From the NCBI GenBank assembly GCA_002698665.1, contig NZZP01000003.1, positions 1 to 38,467 on the forward strand: a DNA stretch of 38,467 bases, in the 5' to 3' direction. The translations under genes and the position numbers were made by a program. Under the pieces are notes generated by a model. That model was not told where the DNA came from and searched no databases. It was given only the letters and a program-made list of their open reading frames with translations. This DNA is from Gammaproteobacteria bacterium. GTDB lineage: Bacteria > Pseudomonadota > Gammaproteobacteria > GCA-002705445 > GCA-002716945. Below are positions 1 to 8,979 of this stretch, piece after piece; positions within the stretch are counted from its first letter, which is position 1, and each line of letters begins with the position of its first letter.

Positions 1-75
1 AACAAATGTTGGATACTCTGCTATAGCAAGTAATGATATTATTGGGAGCACTATGATGATATATAGCTTAAACAT
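1..75 (-). CDS. Possible 5' end of an exported or membrane protein running off the window edge (MFKLYIIIVLPIISLLAIAEYPTFV...)
   Basis: My translation: ATG at 75-73, 25 open codons to the edge; one Lys followed by a hydrophobic stretch, like a signal peptide. Not in the ORF track. Confidence 0.4.
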   Translation of the reverse strand, partial: MFKLYIIIVLPIISLLAIAEYPTFV

Positions 76-146
76 ATTTATAACCGATAAGTTGTTGACG
101 CAATACTGTCATGTTATTATCACTACTCATATAATAACATAAATTT

Positions 147-1304
147 ATGGCCGATATATTAATTCATAAATCTGCAAAATATATAGAAGAAGACTTAGAT
201 TATTACTGTTCTGATATCAGAGATAAACATAATATGATTAAGCCTAAGGATGGTATTATAAGTTTATCATGTGACTCAAACCTATATAAGGCCTCTCCTA
301 CTAATTCAGATATTTGTTCGCCGTACTATCCATTTGCTCATGGCAGTTTTGATAGAATTTATCTGGGTATTAGTTTCCCACTTTTTGCAAATAATTGGGG
401 TGCAGCATTTTTACGTCACTTAATGTATCTTGTAAATACCGATGGTGCGGTTATATTGCCCGTATATGCTGAAAGACAAGGAGTTGAAAAAAATTACTGG
501 TCACGAAGTTCGCTAGAAGTAATGTTTCAAAGCAGACAGAAATGGTGGGGCATGAGTAATATTTGGGCAGAAAATGATGGCGTGATGTCTATGAGAATAG
601 GTAAAAAAGAACCTCCAAAACAAAATAGTACATTTAATTATTTATTCGATAATGTAAGTTTTGATGGAACAAATAATTCGGATGAAACAATAGCTAGTGA
701 AATAAACAGACATCATTGCAACGGAACCATTAGCGCTATAGTGGAGCAAATTATAATAAACTTCTTCGGAAGAACTAGACCTGTAACATTTTGTGATATA
801 AAAGGGAGCGGGTTACTAACATCCGAAATTCTTATGAGTGATTATATTAATATCAAACATGCCACCCAACACATTGATGAGAATGGAGATGTCAATGATG
901 TTAAAAAATATATCTCGAATAATTTTGAAAAAAATTTTAGTGTTAACTCATATCCAAATTTTAGTTTAGATTTAGGTAAAAAATTCGATGTAATTACCAT
1001 TATTGATTCTCTCAATGATTGTGCTGATTTGGATAAGAGCAAATATTATAATGCAATGCTAAATAATCTTAACGATAAAGGTATATTGATTGTAAGGGAT
1101 AAAGTTTTTAATGATGATGTATTTATTGAAGATCTCATCAAAAATGTATCGTTTACTATAGAGCACAGTCAGTACTCATCCATTGTCGCCACAAAACATA
1201 ACAATAAAACTGATATCGCTCATTATTCAGACATTATTTTTAATGAATTACAAACAGAAAATAAAGAAAGAAATAATGTTTTTAATATATTATATAAAAA
1301 ATGA
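147..1304 (+). CDS. Hypothetical protein with two degenerate class I SAM-methyltransferase-like segments
   Basis: 385 aa. GSFDRIYLG...LRHLMYLVNTDGAVIL and KFDVITIIDSL...NNLNDKGILIVRD both resemble the xFDxI...LkpgGxli part of class I MTases; FCDIKGSGLL resembles a degenerate motif I. Confidence 0.5.
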   Translation: MADILIHKSAKYIEEDLDYYCSDIRDKHNMIKPKDGIISLSCDSNLYKASPTNSDICSPYYPFAHGSFDRIYLGISFPLFANNWGAAFLRHLMYLVNTDGAVILPVYAERQGVEKNYWSRSSLEVMFQSRQKWWGMSNIWAENDGVMSMRIGKKEPPKQNSTFNYLFDNVSFDGTNNSDETIASEINRHHCNGTISAIVEQIIINFFGRTRPVTFCDIKGSGLLTSEILMSDYINIKHATQHIDENGDVNDVKKYISNNFEKNFSVNSYPNFSLDLGKKFDVITIIDSLNDCADLDKSKYYNAMLNNLNDKGILIVRDKVFNDDVFIEDLIKNVSFTIEHSQYSSIVATKHNNKTDIAHYSDIIFNELQTENKERNNVFNILYKK

Positions 1305-2656
1305 ATATAGAAAATATACTTAATCAAATTAGTTCACATGTATGGGGGCCTATAACATTATCTCTTCTACTTGGTGTCGGTATATATTTAATGTTTTTAC
1401 TCAAAGGTTTCCCATTATTGAAGATTAACATAGGGCTCCAATCTCTATTTAAAAAATCAGATAACAAAAATGATGGTGATATATCACCATTTGAGTCTTT
1501 AATGACAGCTTTATCTGGAACTGTTGGAACAGGTAATATAGCTGGTGTTGCGACTGCAATATTTCTTGGTGGGCCTGGTGCAATCTTTTGGATGTGGGTT
1601 ACAGCATTATTCGGTATGGCAACAAAATATGGTGAAGCTTTCCTTGCTGTGCATTATAGAGAAAAAAATCCATCTGGTAATATTGTTGGGGGGCCGATGT
1701 ATTATATTAAGAATGGATTAGACAAGAAGTATCATTTTCTAGCTTATCTATTTGCATTTTTTGGCATGGTAGCTGCTTTTGGTATCGGTAATAGTGTTCA
1801 GTCTAATTCTGTTGCTCAAGTTTTAAAAATTGAGTTAGGACTTTCTACAATAATTTCTGGTCTGGTGTTGGCGTTGCTAGTAACACTAGTAATTATAGGT
1901 GGTATCAGCAGTATAGGAAAAGCTGCGTCTAAGTTAGTACCAACTATGTCTCTGTTGTATGTCTTTGGTGGTCTATATATAATTTTTGCAAATTTGGATG
2001 AAATACCTGAAATATTTAACATGATTATATCATCTGCTTTCTCACCAGTTGCTGCTTCGGGTGGATTTGCTGGTGCATCAATATGGATGGCTATTAGATT
2101 CGGTGTTTCAAGAGGTGTATTTTCAAATGAAGCCGGGCTTGGCAGTTCACCAATTGCTCATGCCGCATCAAAAACCAATAATCCTGTTATGCAGGGTACT
2201 ATATCAATGTTAGAACCATTAATAGATACATTACTAATATGTACAATTACTTCTTTTGTAATTTTAATTGGTGATAATTGGTTATCTGGTGTAAACGGCG
2301 CAGCTTTAACAAGTTTAGCATTCAACTCTGGTATGCCTATAGTCGGAAAATACATTGTGATTTTAGGTCTTGTCTTATTTGCTTTCAGCACAATTATCGG
2401 TTGGAGTTATTATGGTGAGAAATGTGCTGAGTTTTTATTTGGCAATAAAATAATTAAAACTTATAGATTATTATGGATCTTAATAATACCAATAGGTGCA
2501 ACAACTGATTTAAATTTAATTTGGCTTATAGCTGATATAATGAATGGCTTAATGGCGATACCAAACTTGATTGCTCTCTTACTACTGAGTCCTATCATAT
2601 ATAAAACGACAAATAGTTATTTAATTAAAAAAAATGATGCTCGACAATCAAGATAA
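1301..2656 (+). CDS. agcS: Alanine/glycine:cation (Na+) symporter, AGCS family
   Basis: Family motifs GTVGTGNIAGVATAI, GGPGAIFWMW, GGPMYYI, RGVFSNEAGLGS, FAFSTIIGWSYYGE; ATGA overlap with the upstream ORF. Confidence 0.93.
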   Translation: MNIENILNQISSHVWGPITLSLLLGVGIYLMFLLKGFPLLKINIGLQSLFKKSDNKNDGDISPFESLMTALSGTVGTGNIAGVATAIFLGGPGAIFWMWVTALFGMATKYGEAFLAVHYREKNPSGNIVGGPMYYIKNGLDKKYHFLAYLFAFFGMVAAFGIGNSVQSNSVAQVLKIELGLSTIISGLVLALLVTLVIIGGISSIGKAASKLVPTMSLLYVFGGLYIIFANLDEIPEIFNMIISSAFSPVAASGGFAGASIWMAIRFGVSRGVFSNEAGLGSSPIAHAASKTNNPVMQGTISMLEPLIDTLLICTITSFVILIGDNWLSGVNGAALTSLAFNSGMPIVGKYIVILGLVLFAFSTIIGWSYYGEKCAEFLFGNKIIKTYRLLWILIIPIGATTDLNLIWLIADIMNGLMAIPNLIALLLLSPIIYKTTNSYLIKKNDARQSR

Positions 2657-3464
2657 GATATTACTAACTAATCATGTCAAAAATGCATTAAAAGAAGATG
2701 CTATTGATAAAGATGTAACAACAAAATCTTTGTCTCTTAACAAAATAGTGACTGCTCAAATAATTTCAAAACAAACAGGTGTATTATGTGGGACTTACTG
2801 GGTCAATGAAGTATTCAGACAGATAGATAAAAGAGTAAAAATTAAATGGAATAAAAAAGATTCATCATTAATTCAAAATAATCAAACAATAGCATCTATA
2901 ACCGGAAACTCATCTTCTATTTTAACAGGTGAGAGAGTAGCTCTTAATTTTTTGCAAACACTATCTGGTATATCTAATAAAATATTAAAATATAAAAAAA
3001 AATTGAACACGAGAAAAGTCAAAATCTTACACACAAGAAAAACTTTACCTGGATGGAGATATGCAACAATCTATGCTGCTAAAATCATGGGATGTAATCC
3101 ACATCGAACAGATCTTTCTGAGTCAATTTTAATTAAAGAGAACCACCTATGTTTGAATAATAATCTAACAGCAATTGTTAGAAATGCGAAAAAAATGAAA
3201 AAATCTATTATAGTTGAGATAAAAAACATTGGTGAATTAAAAAAGATTAACGGGCTGGATATAGATAGAATTTTATTAGATAACTTTAAGCCATCAGATA
3301 TTAAAAAAATAGTTAAAAGAATAAATAATATACCGATAGAGGTATCTGGAAATATCAACATTAAAAATATTTATAAATATAATATTCCGGGAGTTTCGTT
3401 CATTTCTATAGGTGATCTAACTAAAAATATCACGGCCCATGATTTCTCTTTACTTATGTTGTGA
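2634..3464 (+). CDS. nadC: Quinolinate phosphoribosyltransferase (nicotinate-nucleotide diphosphorylase, carboxylating)
   Basis: ERVALNFLQTLSGI, TRKTLPG, PHR, LIKENH, ILLDNF, EVSGNI motifs. Confidence 0.95.
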   Translation: MMLDNQDKILLTNHVKNALKEDAIDKDVTTKSLSLNKIVTAQIISKQTGVLCGTYWVNEVFRQIDKRVKIKWNKKDSSLIQNNQTIASITGNSSSILTGERVALNFLQTLSGISNKILKYKKKLNTRKVKILHTRKTLPGWRYATIYAAKIMGCNPHRTDLSESILIKENHLCLNNNLTAIVRNAKKMKKSIIVEIKNIGELKKINGLDIDRILLDNFKPSDIKKIVKRINNIPIEVSGNINIKNIYKYNIPGVSFISIGDLTKNITAHDFSLLML

Positions 3465-3501
3465 GCATGGAGAAAGTGCATTATTCTATATATAATAGGA
3501 T

Positions 3502-4035
3502 ATGGACGACAAACTAAAGCGATATAATAAAAAGAACCATTTATTAAAAATATTTCTAGTTATTCTACTATTTTGGCTAATTCTCTCAGGTATTTTCAGC
3601 ATGCCACTGATCATCTTGGGTCTCGCCTCTACTGTATTCGTGCTATATATAGTCAATCGGATGGATTTAGTAGACCATGAAGTCAGTCTGCATAATTTCA
3701 ATGCGATTGCATTAATTTCATATTTTTTCTGGCTTATAAAAGAAATAATAATATCAAATTTAAAAGTATGCATATGCATACTAACGCCAGGCAATACAAC
3801 CAAGCCTGAGACTATGAGTATAAAATCTTCACAGAAGTCTGAGCTTGCTCATACCATCTATGCTAACTCAATTACGCTAACACCAGGTACTGTTACAATA
3901 GATATTAAGGATAATATACTTGTTGTTCATACGCTAGACAAAAAATTTAAAGATTCACTTGAATCAGGCGAGATGGATAAAAAACTTTATAAAACTGAAA
4001 TATTAATAGAAGACAAAGAGAATAAAATTGATTAA
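3502..4035 (+). CDS. mrpE: Mrp/Mnh cation:H+ antiporter subunit E
   Basis: ANSITLTPGTVTID signature; N-terminal FWLILSG helix. Confidence 0.92.
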   Translation: MDDKLKRYNKKNHLLKIFLVILLFWLILSGIFSMPLIILGLASTVFVLYIVNRMDLVDHEVSLHNFNAIALISYFFWLIKEIIISNLKVCICILTPGNTTKPETMSIKSSQKSELAHTIYANSITLTPGTVTIDIKDNILVVHTLDKKFKDSLESGEMDKKLYKTEILIEDKENKID

Positions 4036-4294
4036 TTTAATTACACTAATAATAGCCGTACTTTGCTTAGCAATATTTATCTCAATTATAAGATTTATTA
4101 CCGCCGATGATATTTATACCAAAATTTTAACCGTTAATCTAATAGGAACTAAAATTATCTTACTAGTATTGCTGTTTGGTGCCTTATCAGTGAAAAAAGA
4201 CTTTACTGATATTGCTATGATTTATGCTTTAATTAATTTCATATCGACAATAGTAATTCTAAAATATTATGAAGACAAAGAGGAGTATAAATGA
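4028..4294 (+). CDS. mrpF: Mrp antiporter subunit F
   Basis: Three hydrophobic helices, DIAMIYALINFI motif, TTG start, position between E and G. Confidence 0.88.
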   Translation: MINLITLIIAVLCLAIFISIIRFITADDIYTKILTVNLIGTKIILLVLLFGALSVKKDFTDIAMIYALINFISTIVILKYYEDKEEYK

Positions 4295-4581
4295 ATATAA
4301 TCTCATCAGTCTTACTAGTATTAGGTGCTTTGGTGCTATTAGTTGGTACTATAGGTACATTTAAATTTAAAGATTTTTTATCAAGAACACATGCAGTATC
4401 TGTAGTTGATACCTTTGCTACATTATTAATAATAATTGCATTAATGGTAAACTACGGTTTCACGCTATTTAGTTTAAAATTATTATTAATATTAATTTTT
4501 TTATACATAACTGGCAGCACTGCTATCCATGCATTAACACAAGCATATCTAAAGAGTAAATCCAAAGGAGAATTAAAATAG
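4291..4581 (+). CDS. mrpG: Mrp antiporter subunit G
   Basis: F.DFLSRTHA...DT and T..TAIHAL motifs; three TM helices. Confidence 0.88.
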   Translation: MNIISSVLLVLGALVLLVGTIGTFKFKDFLSRTHAVSVVDTFATLLIIIALMVNYGFTLFSLKLLLILIFLYITGSTAIHALTQAYLKSKSKGELK

Positions 4582-5108
4582 ATATATCAGTTCTATATTT
4601 CTTAATTACTATACTTTTAGTTATATCGTTTTATATAATGATTACTAGAAATCTATTTGCAGCAATCATGTCAACAACAATATTTAGTTTATTGTGTGCA
4701 TTAATATTTTTATTAATGGATGGTGTAGATGTCTCGTTAACTGAAGCGGCTGTGGGTGCTGGTATATCAACAATACTATACCTAAGCGCGCTAAAGCATA
4801 CGCATATAATAATTAAACCATCAAAACATGCAGCTGCTCCATTGGTCGTAATTTTCATTTTGATGTTAATACTTCTAGGGGCAATGACATATGATATACC
4901 AAATGTAGGCGAACCAAATAGTGCCTCTAATTCCAGAGTAACCCAACATTATATAGATAGGTCTAATAAAGAAATGGGGATACCAAATATGGTGACATCT
5001 ATTTTAGCCAGCTACAGGGGGTTTGATACTCTGGGCGAGGTAGTAGTTATATTTATTGCTGGAATATCCGTAATAGGAATACTTAGAAATAAAAAAGCAA
5101 AATCATGA
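4578..5108 (+). CDS. DUF4040 + MbhE-like Mrp subunit (equivalent to the split-off C-terminal part of MrpA); start moved upstream from ATG 4638 to ATA 4578
   Basis: DVSLTEAAVGAG and PNMVTSILASYRGFDTLGE motifs. The frame is open back to 4560 and encodes an extra TM helix; SD AAAGGAG at 4564-4570 lies 7 nt before ATA. Confidence 0.85.
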   Translation: MDISVLYFLITILLVISFYIMITRNLFAAIMSTTIFSLLCALIFLLMDGVDVSLTEAAVGAGISTILYLSALKHTHIIIKPSKHAAAPLVVIFILMLILLGAMTYDIPNVGEPNSASNSRVTQHYIDRSNKEMGIPNMVTSILASYRGFDTLGEVVVIFIAGISVIGILRNKKAKS

Positions 5109-5527
5109 AACAACATACCATACCAAGAATAATTACAAAGTTAATAGTACCATTTATATTATTATTTGGCTTATATGTTCAGTTTCATGGTGAAATTTCT
5201 GCTGGCGGTGGGTTTCAGGCTGGAGTGATCTTTGCGTCTGGATTTATTCTTTATAATGTTATATTTGGCATAAATGTTGGAGAGAAAATCTTGCCAATAG
5301 GATTAACAATAAGCATTATGGCTTTTGGAATATTTTTATACATTTTTGTCGGATTATTAGGAATTTTAATGGGGGGTAATTATCTAGATTACAACTTACT
5401 TGGGGAATCAAAAGTTCAAGGTCAGATAATTGGTATATTTCTTGTTGAATTGGGCGTCGGTATTACCGTTAGTAGTGTCATGATATTGATATACTATTCA
5501 TTTAATAAGTTCGAGGATAATAAATGA
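5105..5527 (+). CDS. mrpB: Mrp antiporter subunit B
   Basis: HGEISAGGGFQAGVI and ELGVGITV motifs. Confidence 0.9.
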   Translation: MKQHTIPRIITKLIVPFILLFGLYVQFHGEISAGGGFQAGVIFASGFILYNVIFGINVGEKILPIGLTISIMAFGIFLYIFVGLLGILMGGNYLDYNLLGESKVQGQIIGIFLVELGVGITVSSVMILIYYSFNKFEDNK

Positions 5528-5850
5528 CGATTTATTTATTAAACATGGCATTATTTTCATTAGGATTAATTATTATCATACGTGAATCTAATCTAATAAA
5601 GAAAATAATAGGGCTTAATATCTTTCAGTCATCTGTCTTTATTTTCTATTTGTTAATTAGTAAAGTTGAAAATGGATTACCGCCAGTTTTCATCGATGCT
5701 ACATCAGTGTACTCTAATCCATTGCCGCATGTCTTGATTCTAACTGCTATCGTCGTTAGTATCGCAACAACGAGCTTGGCCCTTGCACTTGTAATAAAAA
5801 TTAAAAATATCTATAAAACTATCGAAGAAGATGAATTAGATGAGACGTAA
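5524..5850 (+). CDS. mrpC: Mrp antiporter subunit C
   Basis: NLIKKIIGL and NPLPHVLILTAIVV motifs. Confidence 0.92.
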   Translation: MTIYLLNMALFSLGLIIIIRESNLIKKIIGLNIFQSSVFIFYLLISKVENGLPPVFIDATSVYSNPLPHVLILTAIVVSIATTSLALALVIKIKNIYKTIEEDELDET

Positions 5851-5853
5851 AAC

Positions 5854-7326
5854 ATGAGTCAAATTCCTATTCTAATAATTATTTTACCGCTCATTATAGT
5901 ACCAATAATTTTGTTACTTAGAAATAATTTATATTCATATATATTGAGTATTGCCGTGTCGCTAATTAATTTAGTACTTACAATATTATTATTACAATAT
6001 GTATTGAAATCCGGAAACTTATATTATGAGTTAGGGTCATGGAGTGCTCCTATTGGGATAAGGCTAAATGCAGATTTATTAGCCTGTTATTTTTTATTGT
6101 TAATTAATCTAATGAGTTTTATTTGTTTAGCGGCTGGTAAAAAAATTATAGATGATACAGTTCAAGAAAATAATATTTTTTTATTCTACATAGCTTGGCT
6201 ATTATGTAACATCGGGTTTTGTGGAATCATTCTAACAGATGATATATTTAACTTATTCGTCTTTTTAGAAATATCGTCCCTATCTAGCTATTTTTTAATT
6301 TCACAAGGTACACATAAAGCCTCTCCAATTGCTGCTATACAATATTTGTTTATAGGAAGTATAGGGGCAGTATTTATTTTGCTAGCTATAGGTATGTTAT
6401 ATGTAAACACTGGTACTTTAAATATGACTGATATATCACAATCTATTAGTATAGGTAATATATCTTTGCCTATTGTTTTATCAATAGGGCTATTCTTTGT
6501 AGGTATTGGCATTAAATCTGCATTATTTCCATTACATGGATGGCTTGTAAAAACTTACTCTTATGCCCCATCTATTGTAGTCACATATTTTTCAGGAACT
6601 TCTACAAAAGTAGGCATTTATATTCTATTAAGAGTTTTTCTGGATATATTCCATACCATAGAACCTCTTGAATACTATGATCTAGCAAGCTTTATCTTAT
6701 TCTTGTCATTATTAGGAGTATTCTTGTCAACATTCTTTGCTATCAGGCAAAATGAAGTAAACAAGATGTTGGCTTATTCCAGTATTGCTCAATTAAGTTA
6801 TATTCTTATAGCCATTATGTTAATGACACCGGAAGGTCTCTCGGCTGCACTGATACATATTTTTAATCATTCTATTATAAAGACAGGTCTATTTTTAACG
6901 ATTGCTGTTCTATTTGTAAATCAATCTAATATTACAATTAGTGATCTCTCAGGATATGGCAAAAATTTTCCAGTATTAATGTTATCTTTTTTGATTCTGA
7001 TATTAAGTTTAATTGGCTTGCCGTTAACTTCAGGGTTTATAAGTAAATGGTACTTAGTATCATCAATTTTAGATTCTAATGTTTGGTATATAAGTATTAT
7101 GGTATTAGTTACTTCTTTTATGACAGTATTTTATGCTTGGTTATTAATTGAGAAAATTTATTTTAGTGACCTAGTTGACTCAAAAAAATATTCACATTTT
7201 GAATTTAGATATTCCTTCGTAATATTATTAGCAATTGCAAGTATATTTTTAGGGATAGATACTACTTTAACAGTTGATTTATCTGAAGAGATATCAAATC
7301 AATTTTACATGGTTTTAGATAAATGA
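5854..7326 (+). CDS. mrpD: Mrp antiporter subunit D (NuoM/N-like)
   Basis: W.APIGI, DIFNLFVFLEI, IKSALFPLHGWL, MLAYSSIAQ, PLTSGFISKW. Confidence 0.9.
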   Translation: MSQIPILIIILPLIIVPIILLLRNNLYSYILSIAVSLINLVLTILLLQYVLKSGNLYYELGSWSAPIGIRLNADLLACYFLLLINLMSFICLAAGKKIIDDTVQENNIFLFYIAWLLCNIGFCGIILTDDIFNLFVFLEISSLSSYFLISQGTHKASPIAAIQYLFIGSIGAVFILLAIGMLYVNTGTLNMTDISQSISIGNISLPIVLSIGLFFVGIGIKSALFPLHGWLVKTYSYAPSIVVTYFSGTSTKVGIYILLRVFLDIFHTIEPLEYYDLASFILFLSLLGVFLSTFFAIRQNEVNKMLAYSSIAQLSYILIAIMLMTPEGLSAALIHIFNHSIIKTGLFLTIAVLFVNQSNITISDLSGYGKNFPVLMLSFLILILSLIGLPLTSGFISKWYLVSSILDSNVWYISIMVLVTSFMTVFYAWLLIEKIYFSDLVDSKKYSHFEFRYSFVILLAIASIFLGIDTTLTVDLSEEISNQFYMVLDK

Positions 7327-8759
7327 ATTTAATATTACTGCATTTAATTTTTTTATTAGTAGGTATGTTTGTTTTATATGCCTCTAGAAATAATAATCTT
7401 AATCAAGTTTTCTATATAATGATATGTTTTGTATCTCTAATTTTTGCTATATTAATATCTAATACCATAGATGTAGCAAAACCCAATTCCATTGATGTTT
7501 ACAATATTATTCAAGATATACCAATATCTTTTGGCTTAGACTTTTTAGGAATAATATTTTTATTTATTTCAAATTCATTATGGTTAATGGTTTCTCTATT
7601 TTCACTGAGTTACTTAAAGCTAAACTCTTATCAGGAAAAGTATAAATTTTACTTTTTCTTTACATTAGCAATGTTTTCAACAAATGCTATAATTTATTCA
7701 TCTAATATTCTAACAACATTTATTTTCTATGAAATTTTAACACTATCTACCTATCCGCTAGTTACATTTAAAAATAATGAAGAGTCTCTTAAGAAGGGAA
7801 AAATATATTTATATTATTTATTGGGTACATCAATTATATTTTTTCTACCCGCTATGATTATAACATATCTAATTTCAGGTACATTGGATTATACTAATGG
7901 AGGATTTTTACAAAACCAAGATCACAGCATCTTATTTTTATTATTTATTCTCTATTTGTTTGGAGTTGCAAAGTCTGCATTAATGCCTTTTCATAAATGG
8001 CTGCCTTCAGCTATGGTAGCGCCCACACCCGTCAGCGCATTGCTACATGCTGTTGCAGTTGTAAAATCAGGGGTATTTATATTGATGAAAATAATATTAT
8101 TAGTTTTTGGATCGACTACCCTGCTAAGTACAGGACTTGATACTGTTTTAATAACTCTAGCATCATTGACTATAATCATTTCTTCTATAATTGCAATCTA
8201 TCAAGACAACATTAAACTGCGTTTAGCTTATTCAACAATAGGACAACTATCATATATCTTGCTGGCAACTGCCATTATGTCCTCTTATTCTATTTTAGCC
8301 GCGGTTCTTCATCTAATATTTCATGCATTAGGGAAAGTAATGTTATTTCTTAGTGCTGGTATCATAACTACACAAACAGGAATAAAAAAAGTTAGTGAAA
8401 TGGATAATCTGTCAGCTAAGTTACCATATACATGTTTAGTAATATTAGTAGGTGCATTTATTATGATTGGCTTGCCACCTACTATAGGGTTCATTAGCAA
8501 ATGGTATCTTATAAGTGGCATTATAGATTCAGGAAAGATTAATATCTTAATTATTATTCTTGTCAGCACATTACTTAATGCTGGGTACTACTTTCCAATG
8601 ATTTATCGATCTTATTTTAAAACTGCCCCCATAAGCAATGTGTCATCTGTAGAGAATATTGGCCTTATTTTACCGGTTCTACTCATAGCTGTAGTATCAG
8701 TGCTATTATTTTTTAATGTAGATTTTATAATTAACTTTATTAATAGGTATATATTTTAA
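7323..8759 (+). CDS. Second large antiporter-like subunit; MrpA/NuoL-like core without the long C-terminal extension
   Basis: FIFYE, KSALMPFHKWLPSAMVAPTPVSALLHAVAVVKSG (MrpA/NuoL-type signature), LAYSTIGQ, GFISKW. Confidence 0.88.
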   Translation: MNLILLHLIFLLVGMFVLYASRNNNLNQVFYIMICFVSLIFAILISNTIDVAKPNSIDVYNIIQDIPISFGLDFLGIIFLFISNSLWLMVSLFSLSYLKLNSYQEKYKFYFFFTLAMFSTNAIIYSSNILTTFIFYEILTLSTYPLVTFKNNEESLKKGKIYLYYLLGTSIIFFLPAMIITYLISGTLDYTNGGFLQNQDHSILFLLFILYLFGVAKSALMPFHKWLPSAMVAPTPVSALLHAVAVVKSGVFILMKIILLVFGSTTLLSTGLDTVLITLASLTIIISSIIAIYQDNIKLRLAYSTIGQLSYILLATAIMSSYSILAAVLHLIFHALGKVMLFLSAGIITTQTGIKKVSEMDNLSAKLPYTCLVILVGAFIMIGLPPTIGFISKWYLISGIIDSGKINILIIILVSTLLNAGYYFPMIYRSYFKTAPISNVSSVENIGLILPVLLIAVVSVLLFFNVDFIINFINRYIF

Positions 8760-8760
8760 A

Positions 8761-8979
8761 ATGAATGATAGAAACAAAATATTTTATACTCTACTGTTGC
8801 TGATTAACTTAGCACCATACTTATATGGATTCTATGATTTTGATAAAGTTAATTTTGGTATAGATAATTTTATTGGTTTCTATGCGATTTTTGGATTTAT
8901 AGCATGCTTGGCATTAATTATATTAGCCAAATTACTAGCAATATTTTTAAAGAAAGGGGAGACATACTATGATGAATAG
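8761..8979 (+). CDS. Small two-TM membrane protein within the Mrp cluster
   Basis: 72 aa, two hydrophobic segments, GFYAIFGF and C-terminal YYDE; 1 nt after the upstream stop and overlapping the downstream gene. Confidence 0.75.
   Translation: MNDRNKIFYTLLLLINLAPYLYGFYDFDKVNFGIDNFIGFYAIFGFIACLALIILAKLLAIFLKKGETYYDE

Noticed and set aside
95-135. TTGACG and nearby -10-like hexamers upstream of ORF 147
   Set aside because: Spacing to a good -10 is off and several alternatives exist; no single promoter can be assigned.
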